Shown in pieces: positions 48,001-60,503 of a stretch of DNA of 64,000 bases (its first letter is position 1; each line of letters starts with the position of its first letter). Source of the stretch: Macrostomum hystrix (lineage: Eukaryota > Animalia > Platyhelminthes); contig CATNEN010000038.1 of the NCBI GenBank assembly GCA_950097015.1, positions 28,644,001 through 28,708,000 of the forward strand. Reading direction: 5' to 3'. The notes under the pieces are model-generated. The model was not told where the DNA came from, did no database searches, and was given only the letters and a program-made list of their open reading frames with translations. The translations under genes and the position numbers were made by a program.

Positions 48001-51000
48001 GCACCTGTTAGACAGGCAAGTGTGCACCTGTTAGACAGGCAAGTGTACACCTGTTAGACAGGCAAGTGTGCACCTGTTAGACAGGCACGTGTACACCTGT
48101 TAGACAGGCAAGTGTACACCTGTTAGACAGGCTAGTGTACACCTGTTAGACAGGCAAGTGTGCACCTGTTAGACAGGCAAGTGTGCACCTGTTAGACAGG
48201 CAAGTGTGCACCTGTTAGACAGGCAAGTGTACACCTGTTAGACAGGCAAGTGTGCACCTGTTAGACAGGCAAGTGTGCACCTGTTAGACAGGCACGTGTA
48301 CACCTGTTAGACAGGCAAGTGTGCACCTGTTAGATAGGCCAGTGTATACCTGTTGGACAGGCTAGTATACATCTATTAGATGGGCCAGTGTACACCTGTT
48401 AGACAGGCAAGTGTGCACCTGTTAGACAGGCAAGTGTGCACCTGTTAGACAGGCAAGTGTACACCTGTTAGACAGGCAAGTGTGCACCTGTTAGACAGGC
48501 TAGTGTACACCTGTTAGACAGGCAAGTGTACACCTGTTAGACAGGCAAGTGTACACCTGTTAGACAGGCAAGTGTACACCTGTTAGACAGGCAAGTGTAC
48601 ACCTGTTAGACAGGCAAGTGTGCACCTGTTAGACAGGCAAGTGTGCACCTGTTAGACAGGCAAGTGTGCACCTGTTAGACAGGCACGTGTACACCTGTTA
48701 GACAGGCAAGTGTACACCTGTTATACAGGCTAGTGTACACCTGTTAGACAGGCAAGTGTGCACCTGTTAGACAGGCAAGTGTGCACCTGTTAGACAGGCA
48801 AGTGTGCACCTGTTAGACAGGCAAGTGTGCACCTGTTAGACAGGCAAGTGTGCACCTGTTAGACAGGCAAGTGTACACCTGTTAGACAGGCAAGTGTGCA
48901 CCTGTTAGACAGGCACGTGTACACCTGTTAGACAGGCAAGTGTACACCTGTTAGACAGGCTAGTGTACACCTGTTAGACAGGCAAGTGTGCACCTGTTAG
49001 ACAGGCAAGTGTGCACCTGTTAGACAGGCAAGTGTGCACCTGTTAGACAGGCACGTGTACACCTGTTAGACAGGCAAGTGTGCACCTGTTAGACAGGCAA
49101 GTGTGCATCTGTTAGATAGGCCAGTGTATACCTGTTGGACAGGCTAGTGTACATCTATTAGATGGGCCAGTGTACACCTGCTAGACAGGCTAGTGTACAT
49201 CTATTAGACAGGCTAGTGTACACCTGTTAGATAGGCAAGTGTACACCTATTAGACAGGCAAGTGTGCACCTGTTAGACAGGCTAGTGTACACCTGTTAGA
49301 TAGGCCAGTGTACACCTGTTAGACAGGCTAGTGTACACCTGTTAGACAGGCTAGTGTACACCTGTTAGATAGGCAAGTGTACACCTGTTAGACAGGCAAG
49401 TGTACATCTATTAGATAGGCCAGTGTACACCTGTTAGACAGGCCAGTGTACACCTGTTAGACAGGCCAGTGTACACCTGTTAGACAGGCCAGTGTACACC
49501 TGTTAGACAGGCAAGTGTACACCTGTTAGACAGGCTAGTGTGCACCTGTTAGACAGGCCAGTGTACACCTGTTAGACAGGCCAGTGTACACCTGTTAGAC
49601 AGGCCAGTGTACACCTGTTAGACAGGCCAGTGAAAGAACGCAGAACAAACTTATTGATACAAACCGATAGCCAGCTGTCAGGAATGAGTTTCACCAGACC
49701 CCAGAACTGCCATCTCCGTGCTGTTTCAACCCGATCGTCGTCAGGCTTGTCCGTATCGCCACTGTTCAACAGCAGCTTCTTGTCAGTCTGCAACTCCTCC
49801 GATACGAACTTACTAGCAAGGCCTGTACTGATCGGCAGCAGAACCAGAAGCTCCAGGCTACGAATGGTCACCCGCCAGAGCCGCTTCAGCAGGCGTCGGA
49901 GTACGGCTCGTTCGCAATCGGCGGCAAGTAGCTCCAATGCGCCGTCGAGAAAGTCAACTAGGGGCCTAAGAACCGCATCAGCGGATTCTTGGACTAGCTG
50001 CTGCTGCTGCGCTGTTTGAGCAACTGTTGGCTGGCTAATTAAACATCGACGAGCAGCCTCGGCGCTGGAGCGAATCGTTGAAGCTTCGGAAGAGACCAAC
50101 TTTTGCGGCGTAGGGAGGAAAGATGGGTGAAATTGAAATCATTTTTTAGAACAACACAGACTCTCACTGGACATTGGAGGTTGTGCCTGAGACTAAGTTG
50201 AGTCCAAGTCTCAATCGATTAGTAAATTTCAGTCTCACCTGAGCAGCCATGGCGTCAAGCGATTCGCCCAGCTCCTCCTGAAGCTCTTGAAGAAGGCGAC
50301 AACTCTCCGCTGGCAGGCGCGCCTCGCCGCCCATGCTCTCGAAGAGCTGATGCAGCTGAACCCGCAGCTGCTGGGCATTGTTCAGCAGCACCCGAGCTGA
50401 AGCCGACGACGAACCGGAAGCCGTCCAGCTAGCAACAAAATCGGCTCTCATCACCCTGGCGTACTCCCGAAGCACCCTGGCAACCGAGGCAGCGAAGCGG
50501 CCCGTCTGCCTCGCGGCCACCTCCGGGTTGGCCGTGCCCAACCGTTGGAGCACCCGGTGGCACTGACCCAGCTGAGCGATGGCGTCAACCACGGAGGTGC
50601 TAAATCGCGAGTGCTCGGAGGATCTCTGAAATCCGTCCTGACGGTCTCTGGCGTAGGCGCTGCGCACGAATTGCAGGGAAGCGACCTCCATTTGGTCCAG
50701 CCAGCGAATAACGAACGGCTCAAACCAGGTTGGGAAGGCCGGCGGAGACTGCTGCTGGGTCACTGAAATAAGTATGTTAAATGAATACGAGCTACATCCT
50801 TATTTGCTAAAATTGCTTCCTTTTGTAACAGCCTACGAACTTTTGTGCCCATTGAGCATACAAGCACAAAGGTGTGTACATCTGCCCTGAATTTCTCTCC
50901 CGTGTCTTATCTCTCCCGTGTCTTATCTCTTCCGTGTCTTATCTCTCCCGTGTCTTATCTCTCCCGTGTCTTATCTCTCCCGTGTCTTATCTCTCTCGTG

Positions 51001-54000
51001 TCTCATCTCTCCCGTCTCTCATCTCTCTCTCGTGTCTCATCTCTCCCGTGTCTTATCTCTCTCGTGTCTCATCTCTCCCGTCTCTCATCTCTCTCTCGTG
51101 TCTTATCTCTCTCGTGTCTTATCTCTCCCGTGTCACATCTCTCCCATGTCTCATCTCTCCCGTGTCTTATCTCTCGCTTGTCTCATCTCTTCCGTGCCTC
51201 ATCTCTCCCGTGTCTCATCTCTCGCTTGTCTCATCTCTTCCGTGTCTCATCTCTCCCGGGGTTTATCTCTCGCTTGTCTCATCTCTCTTGTGTCTCATTT
51301 CTCCCGTGTCTCAACTCTCCCATGTCTTATCTCTCCCGTGTTTTATCTCTCGCTTGTCTCATCTCTCCCGTGTCTCATCTCTTCCGAGTCACACAAGAAT
51401 TGGCTTCTCTAAATAATATGCCAGTGCCAGAATTTCACCAGAGTTTTGACGCTGCTGCAGTCGATTCAGCGGAGAGATGTACTTATCGTAGAGGCACTGC
51501 ACCCTAATCAGCAGGTTCAGATACTCGCATTGGGCCGCTGCAGCGGCGGCCGCAGCCGCAGCCATCGCAGTCGTGTCAACATTTCGACGCGATTCCGCAG
51601 TTTCGTCCACGGTCTTGGATTTCGTGGTTTCGGCCGCGTCAGCCGAGCCGGAGGGGCTCAGCAGCAGCTGCTCTCGGCGTTGTTGCAGAACCATTTGCAG
51701 ATCCTCACCCAACAGATCCCAAAGAACAGCGGCACTCAGTTCTCCCAGACGAAGCTGTTGAGGAAACTGATTTAGCACCGGTGAGTAGACTGCCGTGTCC
51801 TCGTCAATGACCGCGGCAACCAGTTCCGTCATGCGAAACCAGAACTCCAAACTCTCCGGTGTCGGTTCAACAGCTCCTGAACTGGCCATCGAGCAGCCGC
51901 TGAGCTGGACGCAATTGTCGCGAACAAACCGGTAGGTGGTGCGTAAACAGTTCCTGGCGCACTCGCACAGGACCGCGGCTGCGCGCGGCGCGTTAGCCGA
52001 CTGTTGAACCTGACGAATATTTAGGAGACAAGGAGTGAGTTTAAGACGGTGACTCGACGAGAGTGACTCAAAAAGTGTGACTCGAGGAGAATGGCCTAAA
52101 GATATTTTACTTAATTGCAGGAGGCCTGGGGCACCTGACGCACAAGCACAGGAACGGCATGCCCCCAGGCCGGCGAACTAGGCGGGAGTCGCCCATCGCG
52201 CCATCTGGACCCCTGGACAAAGGCACCTCACACACAGCAAGCCAAGCGGGGAAGGGGCGGCAGCCGGACTCCCTCTCACCAGGCCCGCACAAGCACAGAG
52301 CAGACCAAACCAGGTCTTAGATGCCTGAAGGATAGGGAACGAGAGTACACATTGGTGCACGCCCGCCCCATCCCCATACAGCGCCTCACACCCGGCCCAA
52401 CGCACAAACACAAACAAGCAGGCATGCAGAAGGCAGGGGTTAAGCTATTTTAAATTAGCTTTGGTTGCACAGAATAAGGTGCATCTCCGCAAGTCGCCAC
52501 TTCGCAAACCTCCAACTAAGCCCCGAAAAAATGGTGACTTGGAGGGAGGAACGAACCAGCGACCATTGGAAAGTGAGGCAGCGACACTAGCCGCTGAGCC
52601 ACTCACCCGCTGTCCTAAAGATACTTACTCCAAGAGATAGAAAAAAGTTAAGAAATGACTCCAAGAGTGACTCGAGAGGAATCACTAACTCAACGAGAGT
52701 CACTCGAAGAGAGTGTTTCCAAGAGAGTGACTCAAAACTTAAACCAATGAGTGACTTCTGCATAAAAAACGCCTTCTCTGACCTTGAGTCGAAAGAATGC
52801 GATGCTAGTCAGTAAATCGACACAGGCCTTCAAATCCTGCAGCCGGTCTGGTCGCGAGGCTGGAAACGCCGATCGATAGCTGGACAAGCGAATTCGAAGA
52901 CTGTTGTGCAGCTGATCAATTAGCCGAATAAATCGATCTCGACCAAAATTGCTGGTTGTCAGTCTGTTGACACCGCCGCCCCCGGCACCTCCATTCTGAC
53001 TGGGAATTCCACCGTTATCCAAGCTGGCGCACTCCACAATGGTCGGACGGGCTAGCTGGGCGTTGATGTTGGCAAGGAGGCTAGATAGAACGGCCGGCAC
53101 GCCGGGGCAGGACAGTCGGGTTGTCAGGCAGGAGAAATGACTGCGTGGGATTTTGTTAATTGGATGACGTCACGAAACTGGAACACTGAAGGCTTGCAAA
53201 TCACTTTTGCCGAAATTTTGTTTTAGTCTGAAATAACCCCAATTAAAGGCCTCAATGCTACTTGTGCAATAAATTGATTAATAAGATATAAGCTCGTATA
53301 CCATTAATAATAATAATATTAATTGCAGGAGGGCTGTGGGCATTGGTACATAATTTAGTGACACTAGACCCGCAGCTAGCGAGGAGGCAGTTCAGCTCAT
53401 TCCGCTGACTCCTGAGCACACACGCACGCAGATACTGTACACAGGCACAGTGTACACTCTCACTGTGCCTTGGAGGTTGGCCCTCAAGGGCGTAAATTGC
53501 ACGACAAGCCTCCAAGCCTTCTCTTCGCGGCTGCCCCCCTTCGGTCTCTCCACTGTTGGGGGCTCACGTCATGGCCTGAAAGAGTCGATCGACTCCGTAT
53601 CGTCTGGCGAATTCCTCAACAATCTCCTGCGTGTCCGATTCGAAGTAGACCTGCCAGCCGCTCGGGCTGGCGCCGTTGCCATCGTCAGCAACCGTCGGAG
53701 CCACCGTCGGTAAAAGGTTGGACGCCGTCTTGCTTTGATCAGCCGATTCGTCGTTGGTGGCGGAGTTCGATTCGCTGATGTATTGAAACAGCACCTTTGA
53801 GGTGAAATGGAAAGTGTACTTTTAATGCACTGATCTTGTTGACAATGAATAAGGGAATAGATCGATAATTTATTTAAACGATAATAATCTAGTTCTTATT
53901 ATTCGTGTTGAATATCCTGACGTACTACTTCAAGAGTAGTTAAGTCTTTGACAGAAGATCATCGAACCTGTTAGATAGAGGATCATCGAACCTGTTAGAC

Positions 54001-57000
54001 AGCGGATCATCGAACCTGTTAGACAGAGGATTAGCAAACCTGTTAGACAGAGGATCATCGAACCTGTTAGACAGAGGATCATCGAACCTGTTAGACAGAG
54101 GATCGTCGAACCTGTTAGACAGAGGATTAGCAAACCTGTTAGACAGAGGATCATCGAACCTGTTAGACAGCGGATCATCGAACCTGTTAGACAGAGGATT
54201 AGCAAACCTGTTAGACAGAGGATCATCGAACCTGTTAGACAGAGGATCGTCGAACCTGTTAGACAGAGCTTCAAACCTGATAGACAGAGCTTTGAACCTG
54301 TTAGACAGAGATTTGAACCTGTTAGACAGAGGATTAGCAAACCTGTTAGACAGAGGATCATCGAACCTGTTAGACAGCGGATCATCGAACCTGTTAGACA
54401 GAGGATTAGCAAACCTGTTAGACAGAGGATCATCGAACCTGTTAGACAGAGGATCGTCGAACCTGTTAGACAGAGCTTCAAACCTGTTAGACAGAGCTTT
54501 GAACCTGTTAGACAGAGATTTGAACCTGTTAGACAGAGGATTAGCAAACCTGTTAGACAGAGGATCATTGAACCTGTTAGACAGAGGATTAGCAAACCTG
54601 TTAGACAGAGGATTAGCAAACCTGTTAGACAGAGGATTAGCAAACCTGTTAGACAGAGGATTAGCAAACCTGTTAGACAGAGGATTAGCAAACCTGTTAG
54701 ACAGAGGATTAGTGAACCTGTTAGACAGAGGATCATTGAACCTGTTAGACAGAGGATTAGCAAACCTGTTAGACAGAGGATTAGCAAACCTGTTAGACAG
54801 AGGATTAGCAAACCTGTTAGACAGAGGATTAGTGAACCTGTTAGACAGAGGATCATTGAACCTGTTAGACAGAGGATTAGCAAACCTGTTAGACAGAGGA
54901 TTAGCAAACCTGTTAGACAGAGGATTAGCAAACCTGTTAGACAGAGGATTAGTGAACCTGTTAGACAGAGGATCATTGAACCTGTTTGACAGACCAGCAA
55001 ACCTGTTAGACAGACCAGGTGTTCTCACCTCATGTAGGCAGGTGTATTGCATGTGATATGGCGGCGCACTGTCCTCTCCGTTAATCTGCACGCTGATGTG
55101 AAGCCGGATGCTGCCAGAAACAACCGATCTGTCGGTGCGTTTCTCTGCGAAGGTTAGAATTTTTTTTCTGTCATCTTAGAATGAAAATCGACGAAAAAAG
55201 GTCTTGAGAGCAATGGGGGGATTATTCTGGTCGAGAAAGATTTATCGAGCAAGCTCATGAATAACTTATAAAGTTCATACCGCAAGATTATGTTGGCTAA
55301 ATATTTGCACTATAGGCGTTTTTTTAAATAAGCCGCCCAATTTATCGCATTGCAGCGTGAGTTCTTGACTGAGGATCTGCCATTCAACAGTGCTGTGGTC
55401 TGGAAGGTGCGACTCGTGGTGTAAAAGTACATTCCGATTTATTTTTTGTAAACAAAAATTAACAACTTTGTTACTTTAGATTTTGTGTTAGAAATTTTAA
55501 CAGCCTCGCTAGCTTTTGTAACGCCGTTATATTTGTAAAATTAGATGGTTCATAGGTTCGCTAATTCTTCACTCCCGTTACTGCCAAAGTTTCGTTAATA
55601 GTTTTTTTCTTCATGTAATTCTGGTAACTAACTTGTTCTGGCACTTCTGTTAATTTAGCAGAGTCCAAGTAAATTGTCTGCTTTTACAAATTCTGAAGTT
55701 CTCTAATGTTTATTTACCACTAGAAAACTTTCTACGTGCTACGTAGAAACCTGTTTGGCGAATCCGAATTGGCTCATTAATAAAAAATGAATATTCATCA
55801 CTTAAATTTGTCAACAATAACAGCCGACATGGTTACAGAATGAAATCTTTTGTTGGTTTTTGACGAGAATCGTTGAATAACTCGACGATGCGATGTTTTG
55901 TGATTCAGTGGAAAATGTTGGCTCCTGGTGAGGATTTTTATGACGATTGGTTGAATATTTTTTTATATACAGAAAAAGAAAAAAAAAGAAAAAAGAAAAA
56001 AGAAAAAAGGATTTAAAAAACCCTCACCGGACGTTCTACAGTTAATAAATTTAACACATCATGCAGCATGACCAGAGGCTTGTATAATTAACATTCCTTA
56101 TTGCACTGAATTAATGAAAGGCAATGTTTTCTCTAGGGGAAAGTACTGGATTTTTTCCGAGTAATTTAACACGAAATTCGGAATTGAGGGGAAGTTAAAT
56201 AATAAATTTTATAATAAAACATATTAGTAGGATGAGAATTATGTATGGAATTAAACTGTGTTTAACACAAGCTCTTCAATGCCGATATTTGCCAGACAGT
56301 GCAGAGAATTTGGGACATGCACACGCAATGCAGACAGAATTAATAAAGCTTTGGTTAATTTGAATCCCCTTCGAGCCTCCTCAAACAGATTTCTTCGATC
56401 AAAAGAGAAGACTCACTCCCGGCTTTATTGGGCCGTTCCTAGTCAATCCCTCCCGCGCTTTTTTGTTTAAATCTACTGAAGAATTCTCTTTGTCGATTTG
56501 AAAGGCTCTGCATTATTAACGGCGAAAAATCAGATTTTTAATATTATTTATTTCTTCTTTATTTTGCTTTGAAGCTTGGCGCCTCGTTGATTTCTCACGA
56601 TAAAAAATTTTGATAATTTGTAGATTATTTTGCCACTTAAAAATATATATTCTTGTTTGTACTTTTATTCATATAAAAACCATGGTGTGAGTAAATGAAA
56701 TACCGGGTTTCCACAACTGAATTAATAATTACATATTATATAGGGAGGGCATGTACACTTTTCATTAACTTCAATATAGCAATTTCGTGGGCCTCATTGA
56801 CCAATCAATTATTTAAACTCATGAGGCGTCATCCAGTTGCTCGCTTGTTCCGAATCTGTAGCCTTAATTTTCTGTCATCACCAGTCTAGATACGGGATGA
56901 AAATTATAGGCGTGCGCAATCGAAATTAAAGTCAACAGGGAGGCAGGAATATACTATTTTCGTGTTGTTATTTTAGCTTCATCGGCATGATTGGGTAAAA

Positions 57001-60000
57001 AGTGTTAGACAAATTTCCTAAAGCGTTAGACACAATGTTCAATCTGTTAGACACAATTTCCGATCGCTTAGACACAATTTCCAATCTGTTAGACACAATT
57101 ACCGATCGCTTAGACACAATGTCTAATCTGTTAGACACAATGTCCAATCTGTTAGACACAATTTCCAATCTTTTAGACACAATTTCCAATCTGTTAGACA
57201 CAATGTCCAATCTGTTAGACACAATTTCCAATCTGTTAGACACAATTTCCAATCTGTTAGACACAATGTCCAATCTGTTAGACACAATTTCCAATCTGTT
57301 AGACACAATGTCCAATCTGTTAGACACAATGTCCAATCTGTTAGACACAATTTCCAATCTGTTAGACACAATTTCCAATCTGTTAGACACAATGTCCAAT
57401 CTTTTAGCCACAATCACCTGTCACTCACCCAGGTTGTAGCAGCCTTCCATTTCGCCGGACAAAGTTCGAACTTCGATCAACGACTGTCCGAGAAATTCGT
57501 CAGATTCTCGAATGAGTTTCTGCCTGATTCGCGCCTTGAAGTCGTTGTCCTCGTCCCTTGGTTGTTTTGAAACAAAGCAATTATGAATGTATACAAATAA
57601 TTTAGATAGCAGGGATTTCCTCTTGTGGATTAGCTGCTTACCAGACTCTCACTTTAATTCGATCCGAGAAATTGTGCGACTCGCTGAAAATACATTTTTT
57701 AAGAGGTTGAGTGAGTGACGCGTTCCTGAGTTCGATTCCGCGGCGAGACCACATTCATTTGGGGGCACAGCCGCGGAGAGAAGGCTTGGGGGCTTGTCGT
57801 GCAATTTACGCCCTTGAGGGCCAGCCTCCAAGGCACAGTGAGAGTGTACACTGCCTGACGATGAGAAAGTCAGGACAGATGTACACACCTGTGTGAGCGT
57901 GTGCTCTCAGGAGTCAATCGGAATGGGCAGAATTGCCTTCTCACTGGCTTCGGGTCTGGTGTCACCAAAAGATGTGTCCGTGACTACAGCTCTGGGTGAG
58001 CCTTCAGCAAGCAATAGCTCGTATTAACGATGAAGGTAACAAGGACTCCGCACTCACAAGCAGAACTTCTCATTCCAGATTGGATTCAATTCTCGAGGCA
58101 CCGTTTTAGTGCGACGTCGAACCCTGCCAACCTGCACGGTGGCGTACGGATCCGATGTACCATCGCGGTCTTTGCCGACCAGCCCGCTGGCCGACACCAC
58201 AACGATTGTGATGCGGGCGCCCCACGCGCTGGCGCCTTTCAGCGCCGACTCCTGGGCGCGCCGCACCTGCTTCTCGTGGTCAGCTTCGCCGACTTCAAAA
58301 GCTCGCCTGACTAGACGCAGCTGAGGCGCCTTGGCCTTTAAACGCTGGCTCACGCGCTCCATCAGGGCCCAGCGCATTGCTGAGCGACGATCTTCGCCGC
58401 CGCTACCGCCTCCACCGCCGACACCCAAGGAAACGCCGGCTCGCTGCGCGGCCCTCTGCAGGCAGTCGGAATTGAGCAGCTGTTGGCAGCGAATATGAGA
58501 TATCACGCCGCACTGGCTGCAGCGCACGCCCTGACGGGCCAAGCCCCACAGAAGTCCGCCGCACTCTTCACAATGAGCTGGACTTTTGGCAGACCAGGTT
58601 TGGAAGCTGTGCGGCGCCGAGCCGCTGATTGGATGACAAATGGCCTGCAGAGTCTTCTGATAGGTGTGCGATTTCTGCGAAAGAGTGGAATGTTCTGGTT
58701 GACAATGGAATGTTCTGGTTGACAATGGAATGTTCTGGTTGACAATGGAATGTTCTGGTTGACAATGGAATGTTCTGGTTGACAATGGAATGTTCTGGTT
58801 GACAATGGAATGTTCTGGTTGACAATGGAATGTTCTGGTTGACAATGGAATGTTATAGTTAACAATCGAATGTTATAGTTAACAATCGAATGGTCTAGTT
58901 GACAATGGAATGTTCTAGTTAGCAATGGAATGGTCTAGTTGACAATGGAATGGTCTAGTTGACAATGGAATGTTATAGTTAACAATCGAATGGTCTAGTT
59001 GATAATGGAATGTTCTAGTTAACAATGGAATGTTCTGGTTGACAATGGAATGTTCTGGTTGACAATGGAATGTTCTGGTTGACAATGGAATGTTCTGGTT
59101 GACAATGGAATGTTCTGGTTGACAATGGAATGTTCTGGTTGACAATGGAATGTTCTAGTTAACAATCGAATGGTCTAGTTGACAATGGAATGTTCTAGTT
59201 AGCAATGGAATGGTCTAGTTGACAATGGAATGTTATAGTTAACAATCGAATGGTCTAGTTGATAATGGAATGTTCTAGTTAGCAATGGAATGGTCTAGTT
59301 AGCAATGGAATGTTCTAGTTAGCAATGGAATGGTCTAGTTGACAATGTAATGTTATAGTTAACAATCGAATGGTCTAGTTGATAATGGAATGTTCTAGTT
59401 AGCAATGGAATGGTCTAGTTAACAATGGAATGGTCTAGTTGACAATGGAATGGTCTAGTTGACAATGGAATGTTATAGTTAACAATCGAATGGTCTAGTT
59501 GATAATGGAATGTTCTAGTTAACAATGGAATGGTCTAGATGACAATGGAATGTTCTAGTTGACAATGGGAATACTATAGCTTACAATGTAGGTTGCTAAC
59601 ATACTCACCAGATTTTCATCGTGCAATGTCTGCAGGGCGTCCCCAGCCGACGTTAAACCAACCGAAGTCGGCGACGCAGCAGACACAGCGGCACCGATGT
59701 CGATGGAACTGTCGGCTCGATCTCCGCACGAAGCAGATGTGGTCGTTCTAGGCAGTACAGGACATCCGATAACCAGGTTCTGCGTGTGAAATCCCATCTT
59801 TAATTAGTTTGTTGATCAGTAAAACCTGTGAAATATTCGCAAATCGAAGGAAAACACACTGACTTCCAGATCTGCGTCTGGAGCGAAAAATCGACCGCTT
59901 TGGCCGCCTCCGCTGCCGCCTCTGGTGCTGTCGCGACCTCTGCGAATGTGCCCCAGTTTGTTCTCCAAGGTGGTGTCGATGCTGGCGAAATAGGTGAGCT

Positions 60001-60458
60001 TCTTGCACCTGCCAGAGAGAAGCGTTTGCGTTTGTCTGCCTGTCTGTCTTGATCGGCCTGTCTGTCTTGATCGGCCTGTCTGTCTTGATCGGCCTGTCTG
60101 TCTTGATCGGCCTGCCTGTCTGTCTGTCTGTCTGCCTGTCTGTCTGTCTGTCTGTCTGTCTGTCTGCCTGTCTGCCTGTCTGCCTGTCTGCCTGTCTGTC
60201 TGCCTGCCTGTCTGTCTGTCTGTCTGTATGCCTGTCTGTCTGTTTGTCTGTCTGCCTGCCTGTCTGTCTTGATCGGCCTGTCTGTCTTGATCGGCCTGTC
60301 TGTCTTGATCGGCCTGTCTGTCTTGATCGGCCTGTCTGTCTTGATCGGCCTGCCTGTCTGTCTGTCTGTCTGCCTGTCTGCCTGTCTGCCTGTCTGTCTG
60401 CCTGCCTGTCTGTCTGTCTGTCTGTATGCCTGTCTGTCTGTTTGTCTGTCTGCCTGCC

Positions 60459-60503
<45 letters not shown>

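Noticed and set aside
47588-49632. Palindromic short repeats superficially like a CRISPR array
   Set aside because: No unique spacers, no cas genes, eukaryotic intron context.
55150-56990. Non-repetitive AT-rich 1.8-kb intron segment, possibly a DNA transposon
   Set aside because: No terminal repeats, TSD or coding remnant found by eye.
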